Assembly: GCA_002269645.1 (NCBI GenBank)
Contig: NIVC01000024.1
Span: 124,001-188,000, forward strand
DNA length: 64,000 bases
Direction of reading: 5' to 3'
Source: Macrostomum lignano
Lineage: Eukaryota
Position 1 is the stretch's first letter. Each line of letters begins with the position of its first letter. The translations under genes were made by a program, and so were the position numbers. Positions 1 through 13,167 of the stretch are shown here, one piece after another. The notes under the pieces are model-generated. The model did not search any database, was not told the origin of the DNA, and worked only from the letters and a program-made list of their open reading frames with translations.

Positions 1-107
1 ACAATAAACATATGCATTTATATTTATATCTCAAAATGTGCAAATAAGAACACAAAACAATTGATTTACAGTAAAAATCAGGAGTCCCAATTGTCACTGA
101 CAGTCAA
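1..107 (+). repeat. Left arm of an inverted repeat (partner at 4752-4859)
   Basis: 1-107 equals the reverse complement of 4752-4859 with about 3 mismatches; the arm runs off the window start. Confidence 0.9.
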
Positions 108-633
108 TCGTCACTGACAGTCAATCGTCACTGACAGTCAATTGTCACTGACAGTCAAATTGTCACTGACAGTCAATTGTCACTGACAGTCAAATTGTCA
201 CTGACAGTCAAATTGTCACTGACAGTCAATTGTCACTGACAGTCAATTGTCACTGACAGTCAATTGTCACTGACAGTCAATTGTCACTGACAGTCAATTG
301 TCACTGACAGTCAAATTGTCACTGACAGTCAATTGTCACTGACAGTCAAATTGTCACTGACAGTCAAATTGTCACTGACAGTCAATTGTCACTGACAGTC
401 AATTGTCACTGACAGTCAAATTGTCACTGACAGTCAAATTGGTACTGACAGTCAAATTGTCACTGACAGTCAATTGTCACTGACAGTCAAATTGTCAGAC
501 AGTCAATTGTCACTGACAGTCAATTGTCACTGACAGTCAATTGTCACTGACAGTCAATTGTCACTGACAGTCAATTGTCACTGACAGTCAAATTGTCACT
601 GACAGTCAAATTGTCACTGACAGTCAAATTGTC
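88..633 (+). repeat. 17-18 bp minisatellite (CAATTGTCACTGACAGT)
   Basis: About 30 tandem units; internally quasi-palindromic (TGTCA-C-TGACA, CAATTG). The same unit lies in opposite orientation at 25680-26746 and as a single copy at ~4752. Confidence 0.97.
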
Positions 634-3600
634 AAGCCGCCGGTCAGTCAGCACTCGATAATAGCCGGTAGCCGAGTCAGACTCAGCCATGCTGCACAGC
701 TGCACAGACTCCAAGGCCTGGCAGCCAATGTCACAGCCGCGGTCGGCAGCCAGACAGTCCGCATTTAGCCGGCACAGTCGCTGCTGACCTCGGGGCAGAC
801 GGCTGCACTTTGCCACTGTCAGGTGGGGCTTCCAGACGGAGCCGGGCTGCCGATCGGCTTCCACTTTCAGGCCGGCGTCAACGAATGACGTCATCAACTG
901 GTTGCGAGCACGCCGAAGCCAGGCCAGGGCCGGGTTCTCCACTAGAGGCACAAACAGGACACGCCGGTTGAAGGAATCGACGCCGAGGAACTGCAGCTCG
1001 AGGCCGGGCGCTTGCGCGGCGACTGAGTTCAACGAATTCTGCAGGGTCTGCTTGGCTCTGCAATTGGATTGGATGGGAGAGAGTGACTGACTGCGGTGGG
1101 ACTGTAGCTGGAATTTGTTGCTAATCTTATTAAGAACGGGTCCATGAGAAAAAATTGAGAACGGGTCCATGAGAACAGATTGATAACGGGTCCATGAGAA
1201 CAGATTGAGAACGGGTCCATGAGAACAGATTGAGAACGGGTCCATGAGAACAGATTGAGAACGGGTCCATGAGAACAGATTGATAACGGGTCCATGAGAA
1301 CAGATTGAGAACAGGTCCATGAGAACAGATTGAGAACGGGTCCATGAGAACAGATTGATAACGGGTCCATGAGAACAGATTGATAACGGGTCCATGAGAA
1401 CAGATTGAGAGCGGGTCCATGAGAACAGATTGAGAGCGGGTCCATGAGAACAGATTGAGAGCGGGTCCATGAGAACAGATTGAGAGCGGGTCCATGAGAA
1501 CAGATTGAGAACGGGTCTATGAGAACAGATTGAGAGCGGGTCCATGAGAACAGATTGAGAGCGGGTCCATGAGAACAGATTGAGAGCGGGTCCATGAGAA
1601 CAGATTGAGAGCGGGTCCATGAGAACAGATTGAGAGCGGGTCCATGAGAACAGATTGAGAGCGGGTCCATGAGAACAGATTGAGAGCGGGTCCATGAGAA
1701 CAGATTGAGAGCGGGTCCATGAGAACAGATTGAGAACGGGTCCATGAGAACAGATTGAGAACGGGTCCATGAGAAAAGATTGAGAACAAGTTCATGAGAA
1801 CTGATGAGAACAAGTTCATGAGAATCAATGAGAACAAGTTCATGAGAATCAATGAGAACAAGTTCATGAGAATCAATGAGAACAAGTTCATGAGAATCAA
1901 TGAGAACAAGTTCATGAGAATCAATGAGAACAAGTTCATGAGAATCAATGAGAACAAGTTCATGAGAACTGACGAGAACAAGTTCATGAGAATCAATGAG
2001 AACAAGTTCATGAGAATCAATGAGAACAAGTTCATGAGAATCAATGAGAACAAGTTCATGAGAACTGATGAGAACAAGTTCATGAGAATTAATGAGAACA
2101 AGTTCATGAGAATCAATGAGAACAAGTTCATGAGAATCAATGAGAACAAGTTCATGAGAACTGATGAGAACAAGTTCATGAGAATCAATTAGAACAAGTT
2201 CATGAGAATCAATGAGAACAATTTCATGAGAATCAATGAGAACAAGTTCATGAGAATCAATGAGAACAAGTTCATGAGAATCAATGAGAACAAGTTCATG
2301 AGAATCAATGAGAACAAGTTCATGAGAACTGACGAGAACAAGTTCATGAGAATCAATGAGAACAAGTTCATGAGAATCAATGAGAACAAGTTCATGAGAA
2401 TCAATGAGAACAAGTTCATGAGAACTGATGAGAACAAGTTCATGAGAATCAATGAGAACAAGTTCATGAGAATCAATGAGAACAAGTTCATGAGAATCAA
2501 TGAGAACAAGTTCATGAGAATCAATGAGAACAAGTTCATGAGAATCAATGAGAACAAGTTCATGAGAACTGATGAGAACAAGTTCATGAGAATCAATGAG
2601 AACAAGTTCATGAGAATCAATGAGAACAAGTTCATGAGAACTGATGAGAACAAGTTCATGAGAATCGATGAGAACAAGTTCATGAGAATCAATGAGAACA
2701 AGTTCATGAGAACTGATGAGAACAAGTTCATGAGAATCGATGAGAACAAGTTCATGAGAATCAATGAGAACAAGTTCATGAGAACCGATGAGAACAAGTT
2801 CATGAGAACTGATGAGAACAAGTTCATGAGAACTGATGAGAACAAGTTCATGAGAACTGATGAGAAAAGGAACAGATTGAAAAACGAAAGATAAAGAATA
2901 TTTGACTATTTTATAGGCAAGCGGCGGGCCTCACAGTTCAACATCAGCTTCCTTAGCCAGGGTGCACACAAACAAAGTCACGTGCAACTTGCTGGCCGGA
3001 ACCGCAGCCCGCTTCATAGCCGGATTGGCGTCGATAAACTGCTGCTGCAGCTGGGCAAAATTTGACCGGGTCTGTCGCGGAAAATAAAAAAATGTTTGAG
3101 ATGAATGCAGACAGTGTCTACTGGAAGTAGGAGCACGGGATAAAGCATGATTTTGTATTTCATATACTTCTCTTGAAGTAACTGACTGACTGACTGACTG
3201 ACTGACTGACTGACTGACTGACTGACTGACTGACTGACTTGAGTGACTGACTGACTGACTGACTGACTGACGGATTAACTAACTAACTATGCATCTATCT
3301 AATTAACTAACTAAATAATTACTATTTAAATAACATTATTTAGCTAGATACTACTTAGCAAACTACTAACTTGAAAATTAGTGCCCTAATCCTCCTGCTT
3401 CTAGTAGTGATGAAAAGAAATGTTAATACTTTATTATTTGATAGTCTGCATAATTACCTCCTTGTTGGTGACCTGCATGGCCAGGAAGTGGGTGGGTCTT
3501 GACTGCGATTGCTTCTTTTTCTTCTGAGCAGTTGCTGCCGCAGCTGCTTTGCTGTAGCGCCGGAGCATGTAGGCGCACTGTTGAAGGTTAAAGGAAGATG

Positions 3601-4084
3601 AAGGTTGTGGAGAACAGCAGGTAAAGTGCCTATTTTTAATGCTTAATACGCCTTTTATCGAAATGCTAACGATTTCCTATCGACTTCAGACAAAATTCAT
3701 TGAGTATAAGAGTCAGGAGTGTAGTGTAGTGTACCATGATTTAGAGGGTTTATTACTTTGTAATTTAGATTCGCTTTTACACTACTATTAGTAGCTTATA
3801 TTAGAAGTTGGGCTAGTTAGGGTATTTTGCGGGATTTTTTATAATCAAAGAGCAGTTTGGCTCTTGGGGGAATACATCCAAGCCTGACCAGTGAAAAATG
3901 TCATGGAATGGAAATGTTAGGGAAAACAACTCACACAGAGCAGTCTACTGAGACAGCAAGGCGGCCAATACACGAAACCGACCATGAGCTGCTGGAGCAG
4001 ACTGGGACCTCGACGCACTAACGAAGTGTACAGGTGCAATCTTGATCCTGCGACTGCGAGATGATTGTGCAGAACCAGGTGCAT
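571..4084 (-). CDS. AKAP7: AKAP7-like 2H phosphoesterase (2',5'-phosphodiesterase family)
   Basis: Exons 4084-3935, 3577-3458, 3071-2935, 1057-571 with GT-AG and phases 0/0/2 (297 aa). Both 2H motifs present (KLHVTL, KPHLTV), plus RPTHFLAMQVTNKE, FNRRVLF, QLCSM and GYY matching AKAP7. First exon less certain; an alternative ATG lies at 3568. Confidence 0.88.
1125..1775 (+). repeat. 25-bp intronic minisatellite (GAGAACAGATTGAGAACGGGTCCAT)
   Basis: About 26 tandem units in the last AKAP7 intron. Confidence 0.97.
1776..2866 (+). repeat. 24-bp intronic minisatellite (GAGAACAAGTTCATGAGAATCAAT)
   Basis: About 45 tandem units directly continuing the 25-bp array. Confidence 0.97.
3182..3275 (+). 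repeat. (ACTG)n microsatellite
   Basis: About 22 units within AKAP7 intron 3072-3457. Confidence 0.95.
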
Positions 4085-4203
4085 GCGTTTCGATGATTGA
4101 AATTTCTATTGAATCTGAAATCCAGTACAGATTCACTGTGAGTATTATAAATATTCAGACCATAACAAAATTCCATACTGAAATGTGCTGGTAAAACATA
4201 CAT

Positions 4204-4350
4204 GCGCAGCCTAGGGATTCACCCGGCCGTTTCTATTGGCAACACACACATGTAAGTCGCCATTGGCTGAGAGCAGTCACGTGACTACTATTCCGTCCAA
4301 TAGCGGAATAGCGGCCAATAGAAACGGCCGGGTGAATCCCTAAGTTGCGC
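4204..4350. mobile_element. Short palindromic MITE-like element
   Basis: Perfect 29-bp inverted repeat TAGGGATTCACCCGGCCGTTTCTATTGGC, extendable to GCGCA; a decayed copy lies at 38002-38155. Confidence 0.75.
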
Positions 4351-4751
4351 CCAAGCATGTGGTAAAATATAACATAACGTTGCAAAACAGACTTTTAAGA
4401 ATACTTCCCGACACTAATCAATGTAAAGTGAACGCCGTTGCATAGGGGTGGACCACATCTGTTTAAAGACGGTAAATTATAAAGTCTATGAGTTTAAAGA
4501 CTGTCAAAATTTCTGCAGATTTTTGTGTTAAAAAGCTCAAATAAAAATTTGTTAGAAATAAAACTCACACACCATAATAAAGCCATTCACTATCAAAGGA
4601 CAACAACATTTGAGTGCCTATCGCTTTATAAAAGGCCTCCGACTAATAATAGAATTCACCAATAACGATGACGAATATTGAATATTAATTATTCCAAGAA
4701 GCGAGGTAAAATGAGTTACGAGTATTTAAGAAATCGATAGAATTTCATCAA

Positions 4752-4859
4752 TTTGACTGTCAGTGACAATTGGGATTCCTGATTTTTACTGTAAATCAAT
4801 TGTTTTGTGTTCGTATTTGCACATTTTGAGATATAAATATAAATTCATATGTTTATTGT
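4752..4859 (-). repeat. Right arm of the inverted repeat (partner 1-107) with one satellite unit at its inner end
   Basis: Direct base comparison with 1-107. Confidence 0.9.
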
Positions 4860-5658
4860 GTATACATTAAGCTTAAAGATTTTGTAACATGAGTTTTAAA
4901 TAACGATAGAAATATATCACACAGAAATTATGCATACTCCCGCTTGGAGCAGTTCGCAGTTTTTAGAATAACTTCTATTTAGAGCATTAATATGATGACA
5001 AAATCTATGCATGGCGGTAGACGAGTGTGGTAGGTAGTCGGTAAAGAAAAAAAAGATGTTTTTAGGTATTGTACGACCACAAGTTTTCCGAGGAGGGAGG
5101 GGGTAAATTCGGGACAAGCTTAGCCATTCGCAGGGCGTGTCTCCTCAAGAGCCTCTGCCTCAGCCAAGCCGGAGGGTCAGAAAGAGATCAGGCTCTCTAT
5201 ATAGGACTCCACGACATACACCATTCTTTTACATTCCAATTTACCCCCCCCTCAGGCAAATTTTTAGCTCGAATGCACACGCGATGAATCATAAGACAAT
5301 TTCAAACCGAATAAGAAAAATATGGACAAGGTCGCAGTGCAGGAGCAAAGAAAACAGACAATAGGAATCTCTGGCAGGCGCCTAGTCACGCTCGGCAAAA
5401 TAGACAGCCGTACAGTTGCGACGGCAGGCTTGACTAACAGAGTAAAAACGGTTGCCACCCTCGTCCTCTGTGCCCCTACTGTATAGCGCTTGCTGGGCTT
5501 TAAAAAAGGAACATATAATTTGAGCACAAAGATACCTCGACACGCCAGCGCAGACTCAAATTTAGTGAGTTAATTACAACTAGGCTTGAACTTGAGATCG
5601 TCACTGCCGGTGCGCGACGCCTGACAGCGGTAGGGATTCCAAGCAACTGGGGTCAGCC

Positions 5659-8600
5659 ATGGCTCCGCTAGAGATCCCAGAGGATTTGGAAGACGCGATA
5701 AGTGTAAGGAGATTCACATAGCTACGAGTACATGTTGCTGTGCTGAGATTTTGCTTGTTTCAGAAGTTTTTTTGAATGCCTAGTAGCCGAAAGTACAGCG
5801 TATGTTAACCGAGTAAAAAAATCTTGACTAGCAATCTTTGCTCCCCCGTTAAAGAGGCAACAAAGAAAAGAATAATTTTTTGCATAAACGCATCCTCATG
5901 TGCTTCGGCATCTCAGCAATTCCCCCGTGAGCCTTGGCATCCCAGCAATTCCCCCCCCCGTGAGCTTTGGCATCCCAGCAATTCCCCCGTGAGCCTTGGC
6001 ATCCCAGAAATTCCCCCGTGAGCTTTGGCATCTCAGCAATTCCCCCGTGAGCCTTGGAATCCCAGCAATTCCCCCGTGAGCCTTGGCATCACAGCAATTC
6101 CCCCGTGAGCCTTGGCATCCCAGCAATTCCCCCGTGAGCTTTGGCATCTGAGCAATTCCCACTGAACCCTTGCAATCTCAGCAATTCTTCCGCGAGCCTT
6201 GGCATCACAGCAATTCCCCCGTAAGCCTTGGCATTTGAGTAATTCCCTCTGTACCCTTGGCATCTCAGAAATTCTCCTGGACCCTTGGCATCCCAGCAAT
6301 TGCCCCGTGAACCTTGGCATCTAAGCAATTGACCCTTGACCCTTGATATTTGTTTCTCTCTCTGACCCTTGGTACATGTACTTGGTTGCGAGACTCGCGA
6401 CATCCTGTTTTCAATTCTGGTACCTCTGCGTTGTAGAAATTCGTCTCCGTGGACGGGCAAGACAACAGAAAGCTTCAGAACTACAGCGAACTGGCCGAAC
6501 TAATCTACACATATGCTAGGAACGTGCATTGCTACGCAAATTTTCCTAACGAAACGAGAGATTTCGGTGAAAAAGTTACCAAAGCGTTGAAAACGCTGAA
6601 TATCTACCTGGAGATGACCGACTACAGTGATGCGTTTGGGCAATGCGCCAAACAATGGAAGGAAACCATCGAGGTGACAACTGCTTTCTGTTGCTTTTTA
6701 GAGTCCTGCACAAGAAGAAGTTTACTATTCTCAATTTCCAATTTCAGCAAATTGCCGACTCAATTACTGACATACTGAGATCGCTGGACGAACTTCGCCT
6801 AAAAGCGGCAAGCACATCGAAGCCTGTGACAGCCAAGGGTGCCAACGAAAAGGCTCTAACAGTGAAACCATTTTTTAACGGAACGGTAAGCAATGAATGT
6901 GAGGTGGTGCTGCATGGATATGACAGCATAAAAATATCACAAACGCACATAGTTGATAGGGACACCCTTTGTAATAAAGTTTCGGGTTCAAATCCGCAGC
7001 TCGGCTGCCGTAAAGTAGTTGGGGTTCACGCACTGAGTCCTTCCGACATTGCCTGAGGCTGTGCAATTCATACTAATGCGGGTCTAACCCATAAAGCAGT
7101 CTAAACTTGCTTCGTGGTTCGTCGACACTGACACCAACTGAGCTATCAAATACACGACTGATGTACAAAGCGACGAAAAGTATGTAAAAACGGTGTGATA
7201 ACACGATACGAACTCGCTTTATGGTGACGTAACAAATCATAAAAGTCGGCGCAATTTCTATAGTCTCTTCACTGATTGAAGGACGACTAACTGTCGGCAG
7301 TTGCGTCAAATAATTTTATCAGTTCGAAGAAAACCGTTTTTCTATACGATGCACTGCGTTAAAAAACTATTTTTAGGATCTGATCGGCTCCGGCGAGATG
7401 GTGACAGTCGTCGGCGAGGCGTACGGAAAGTCGGGCTTTGTTCGAGTCAACAAAGCCAGCGGTGAAAAGGCTTTGCTGCCGCTGATTAACCTTGCGTCCA
7501 GCGCTGAGAACACTGAACTTCTCACCTTTTTCATGAGGTTAGTACTGAATGTAGGAAGATAGAAACTCGATAGAAATAATCGTAGGATCGAACGATGGTC
7601 TTTATAAAGCCAACACTCGCTTTGTCTACGATAGCTGCAAAGAAGATCTAATGAAATTACGGCTTAGGGAATGTGTTTTGAACTCAACTATATACACCCT
7701 CTTCCGCTCGCAGCTCCGTTGAAAGGATGAAGCAATGCCTCGACCAGACTCGCCGAGAGGTGACAGCCAAATTCTGGGCACTGGCGCGGTCATATTTTCA
7801 GTCGCGAAGCAAGCAAGACTTTGTGGTTAGTTCTTTTAATACTACTACTAATACTACTAATAATAATGTACTAATGCTGAAGCAATACTTGTTAAACTGG
7901 CAGTTGATAGCTGACACCAAAAGCTGGAAATTGGCAACGGATATTCTGCTAAAAATGGAAGACAACAGCACAGGCTTCAGTTTTCGATCGTGTATCAATG
8001 GTATTCTAGCGAATGCAGTTGGAAAAAGTACGCATTCCTTTTCTATTTGGACTCTATTCATGATAGTTAATTGGCTGTCAATCACGTGCTAAATGCAAAT
8101 ATTCCAGGCGTGCGCGGTTCGTTTGAAATCACTGTTGAAGAAACAGACAGTCTGCACCAATTCATTTCGAATCACCAATGGTTAGGTCAGCTGCTGGCCC
8201 AGTCGTCAAGCGCTCTTAGCTCCGTGGACAAGATCTGGGGCGAGGATTGGCAGAAGCTACTGATGCAGTAAGCGAACTCAGACTAGACTCAAATAATCAC
8301 AACGCTCGATCCAAAGTTAAAAATGTTTTCTTCGCAACTTTCCAGCACCCACAGTTTGCAGCTTAATACATTGTCAGCAACTGGGCAACAGCACTCAATG
8401 CAGAGCTTTACCGGACAGACGAGCGAGTACCAACACCTGCAGGTTATGCACACTGCAAAGCGGTTTGTTTCCTCGAGCAATAGCTACGAGATGACGATGA
8501 CATCTTCATCTGAGCAGCAGCAGCAGCAGCAGAATTCATACCGCCCGATGCGCTCCATTGAAAGTGCGCAGCAGCAGATGCACGGCAGGTCCGAACAACA

Positions 8601-11600
8601 TGTCGCCGATTTTGACATCCATCGAGTGTCATCAAGACGCTCGTCGATTACCAGCGACTCTGGCAAGGGGCAGCATCAGCAGCGAGGCTCAACAACAGGA
8701 TCCATGCAGATGACATCATCGCCTTTGCCGTCGCCAATTGTCATGAGTGCAAGGCTAGAGCACAGGGTAAACAAACTATGTACCGTTTATCACAAATACT
8801 AATTTAAATACTATTACTAATTTAAATACTAACATATATGTTAGTATTCTAAACTTAATTTTGAAAGTTAAGAGCTACGTGTAAAACTTGCAAATGTATT
8901 CGCAAAAAAACCAATGTGCACATTTGAAAAATCAACAAGGTTACCGATATTTCTAAAAGTTCGGTTCACTGGTTATTTATCGATTTATGACTCCACATAC
9001 TGAACATTTGTTGGATGGTCTACTGATAGTAGAAATAGAAGGAAAATACGTTAAAAAGAGTCCATGCAATGTCGAATGCAAGTACTGTCCTTACTAAACC
9101 AATAGTTTTAGTCCCTTACACAACAATTAAAATAGACTTTGTTTCTAAATAAACAGGAGTCGCGACGAGGCATCATGGATGACTTCTGCAGCTATGAGAC
9201 TCGAGTACGCGATGCAGCAGCCATGACTGATAGCGTTTGTATCATGAGCGAAGAGGAGCTCTTTGAACAGCGGATTCAGCTGCAAGAGGCCAGACGTCTG
9301 CTAATTCAAATGGAGACGAAAAAAGCGCAAACCTGTGAAGCTTCCAGCCACACGATGACCGACAGCACAGACTTTGCAGCCAAAGAACAAAAGAGCGTTC
9401 GATTTTCCTTGGACTCGCTGCCAGCGAAGCCCAGGGGTGACGTTATCGATTCTGGTTGTCGTGGTGATTTAAGCATAGAAACTAGCTGGGTAAATATCAA
9501 CAAGGTCTCAGAACAGCGCTTAGTTGTCTGCAGGACTGACGCTCAGGTCATAGCGGCAACTAACGCTAGTAGAGAAGTCGCTGTTAAGGAAAGCAGCCTG
9601 GAATTTAGGGAGCCTTCAAAACCACAGGCAACGGCAGGAGTGAGTATCAGTCCTTCGATAGTTGACTCAGGGGCAAGTCTGGAACCGAAAGAGGTGAAAA
9701 CAGCGAGTGTAGTTATCACACCAGAGAAGCCGCCGATCAAAGATACCTACGCCAGTCGATCAATCACCTGGGGCGACAGCTCCGTCATCTTTCGAGAGAC
9801 GCCTAAGACGATGAAAACAGCGAGTGTAGTTATCACACCGGAGAAGCCGTCGATCAAAGATACCTACGCCAGTCGATCAATCACCTGGGGCGACAGCTTC
9901 GTCATCTTTCGAGAGACGCCTAAGACGATGAAAACAGCGAGTGTAGTTATCACACCAGAGAAGCCGCCGATCAAAGATACCTGTGCCAGTCGATCAATCA
10001 CCTGGGGCGACAGCTCCGTCATCTTTCGAGAGACGCCTAAGACGATGAAAACAGCGAGTTTAGTTATCACACCGGAGAAGCCGCCGATCAAAGATACCTG
10101 TGCCAGTCGATCAATCACCTGGGGTGACAGCTCCGTCATCTTTCGAGAGACGCCTAAGGCGATGAAAACAGCGAGTGTAGTTATCACACCGGAGAAGCCG
10201 CCGATCAAAGATACCTGTGCCAGTCGATCAATCACCTGGGGTGACAGCTCCGTCATCTTTCGAGAGACGCCTAAGACGATGAAAACAGCGAGTGTAGTTA
10301 TCACACCGGAGAAGCCGCCGATCAAGGATACCTGTGCCAGTCGATCAATCACCTGGGGTGACAGCTCCGTCATCTTTCGAGAGACGCCTAAGGCGATGAA
10401 AACAGCGAGTGTAGTTATCACACCGGAGAAGCCGCCGATCAAGGATACCTGTGCCAGTCAATCAATCGACTGGGGCGACAGCTCAGTTAAAATTGGCAAA
10501 GATTTATTTTACTCCCACGTGAACTTCCATGCGGATTCAACTTACGCAAGCGTATTCTTCAGACAAGAACGACCAGCTGTAACAAACACGTTCGCCAGCA
10601 AGGTCTTGGAACACGTTACTCAATCCACCAGTGCTAAGATTGAGCACATGGCTGGCAGCTGCCGGGCAACTGTGGCCATGGTAACACATCCCGGGGTAAA
10701 ATTCAGTCCAGAATTGATTAGCAACGGCATGAAGTCGCTTGGGAAGCCAATAGTTGACAATGGTGTATTCAGGATTAACGAGATGATCGACTCCTGGACT
10801 GACATGCCGATCAAAAGTGAGTTTCGCTGCCAGAATTATATTTAATGTGCAGCTCTGACATCTGGAACAGGATATGACGAAACGTATTACCTAACTCCCA
10901 GAATCATCGATTGGCATGCTGTGACTGCATAACAGACTTTCCTACTAGTCACTAAACACGCATTGCCCGTTGTGCTGCACAACTTGTGCATTTGACATGC
11001 ATACTGCGTCAAAAGTTAAGCTCGTGTGAAATTTTAATATACGCGCCATGCAATTCCAGAGCCTGCAGAGAGCGGGGCGCACTGCACCGTGACTCGACGC
11101 GACGCGCGCACACAGAAAAACGCAACAAGGCCGCCGCAGGTGGAGTGCGGCGTCGGCGCTAATCTAGACGACTCCGACAGGCATCAACCGGTGCGACCAG
11201 TGGAGGCCGCATCTGTACAGACGACTCAATCCGGTCGCACTGTGGAGTGCGGCGCCATTGGTACCGCTGATGGAGGCGGTAAGAACGACAAGCAAAGAAA
11301 AACCCGCGGCACAGACATGGCCGACAGGCACACAATTTGCGATACGGGTGTCTGCGCCAGCACTAAGCAGGTTGCTAAAATTCAGGTCAGTAGGCTTGAA
11401 CAACTCATTTTTGGCAATCAAGATGTTTGTGAAATTCAAAATGCAAGACTCAATAACCAGAGATAAAGAAAAGTGATACAGGTCTTACAAGTTACACGCT
11501 ACAAGTTACAAGCTGATTAGTGACAAGCTACAAGTTACAAGTAATTGAGTTTCACGAGCCAACTTGTGAATTTTTAGTCTAAAAGTTAAAAGTCGCCTAC

Positions 11601-12968
11601 CATTTTAGTTTATGGTCATAAGTGCTAATTTTGAGAGAACATCGAAGTTGGGCTCATATTATCGCCACGTAGTGTCTTTCTCAACTGTGGTTTGCAATTC
11701 CATAAGGGAAACTATAAAACTTCAGCTTGTCAGTCATTACACGCATCGAGAATTGTAGACATACTCGTAGACACTTCATAAACCGGAACGCTTGTAATAC
11801 AGACTTGTCGTTTGTAGGAACTTGTAGCTTTGCCAAATTATATGAAGCGAAATTCACTTGTCACTAGGCTCACTTATAGCCACTACAAGTCGCATATGAA
11901 ACACTCCCCAAGTGGACATAGCCAAATACCAATACGCTGGACCACAACAAGGTGAAGGGAAAAATTTGACCCGCAACCAGTGGTGAGGCAATTCTGCTCA
12001 TTCCTCTGACTCCTGAGCAAATGCAAGCACACCAATGCTGTACACAGACACGCCCTGTCTGTCCTGTACTTTCCAACCAATTTTCGTCCACAAGTCCCAA
12101 CTAAATGTCACTAAACATTTATCACTGAGCTGCTTTTGCCCCTAAAAACAGAAGCCATGATTTCTTTGTGTGCCTTTTTGTACATCCATAAAACAAGTTC
12201 ATGATGCTGAGAGAGTGAAATTGGCACATTAATTCCAGAAGGAAGACTTGGAAATTAGTCGCCAGCAACGAAATAGAACTTCAGCACCACCCCAGGTGCA
12301 ACCGAAACCCACAACAACTGTGATCAACAGCGGCGCCACAGGGGAAAGCCGGAGCCAGAGCTCAGAGCAACAACTGAAGCAGACCGTGAGGACAACAGCG
12401 CCACAAGCGAGCAGAGTGGTCAATAGCGAGGCCTCAGGCTTCAGTCAATTCGATGCCAGCTTGACTGTAACAGGCAAAATAGAGAAAAGTCGAAGCTCAA
12501 AAACACACAGGCAGGAAACAACGAAAACGCTGGCATCGCCACCAAAAAAGGTGGTTGATACTGGCGCTTATGGTCAAAGCGTCGAGGCCAGTATGACTGT
12601 AACAGCCCGAGTTGAGTCAAGACAGCGTCTGGAATCGGCGCCACTGGATTCAAGTGAAACAATAGTGAAGAAAACGGAGGTTCGAACTCAAGCTGCTAGA
12701 GATCCGCTGCCGCAGCCGCTCCATAGGACCAAGAGCGAAGATATACCAAACAAAGAGTGGCGATTTCCCATTAGCAGAAAAGACTTCCGGTGAGTAAAAC
12801 TTTATCTACAACAAGATAAAACCGATCTCAATGATAGGATTATCTGTCTTAAATGTACTATTAATGAAACATTCCACAACACTGCAGGCAAGGTCCACAG
12901 GATAAACAGCCTAAGCAGCCACAACAGTCAGCTAGACAGAGAAATTATTCTTTGCCAAAACAGCCCAG

Positions 12969-13006
<38 letters not shown>

Positions 13007-13167
13007 CAGGCACTGCAGCAGGCATGGACATTGTGCAGACTAGGGTTGAGCCAGGTGCTTGGGCACCAGAAAGCAGGCAGCAATGGAGCAGCCGAAGTAT
13101 GCACATTAGCACCAGAACAGAATCCAGCATGAGCAACCAAAAGTCAATCAAATCGCAAGTTGTATGA
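5659..13167 (+). CDS. Large multi-exon protein (~1400 aa): N-terminal globular region with SH3-like segment, then S/T/Q-rich region with 39-aa repeats and poly-Q
   Basis: Exons 6437-6673, 6748-6885, 7377-7537, 7714-8027, 8108-8267, 8346-8766, 9157-10816, 11060-11385, 12239-12789, 12888-13167 join in frame through GT-AG introns (4248 nt). Candidate phase-0 first exon 5659-5703. The SH3-like call rests on GEMVTVVGEAYGKSGFVRVNKASGEKALLP and is tentative. Confidence 0.7.
5828..6345 (-). mobile_element. Helitron-family remnant (3' end) carrying a ~28-bp satellite
   Basis: Minus strand reads GGGGGAGCAAAGATTGCTAG|T, matching the 3' ends at 53573 and 62916; satellite CCCCGTGAGCCTTGGCATCCCAGCAATT at 5920-6345. 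Confidence 0.7.
9697..10480 (+). repeat. Coding 117-bp tandem repeat (39 aa, ~6.7 copies)
   Basis: KTASVVITPEKPPIKDTCASRSITWGDSSVIFRETPKTM repeated in frame inside exon 9157-10816. Confidence 0.95.

Noticed and set aside
1029-2894. Long ORFs with MDPLSICSHG / MRINENKF / MNLFSLIL repeats
   Set aside because: They are translations of intronic satellites, open in several frames and on both strands; the true exon starts at the 1057 acceptor.
4460-4480. TAAAGACGGT as part of a spliced-leader RNA gene
   Set aside because: Only a 10-nt resemblance, with no donor or Sm-site arrangement.
5764-5830. Possible second exon of the large plus-strand gene
   Set aside because: No phase gives an open frame, and it abuts a Helitron 3' end; unresolved without reads.
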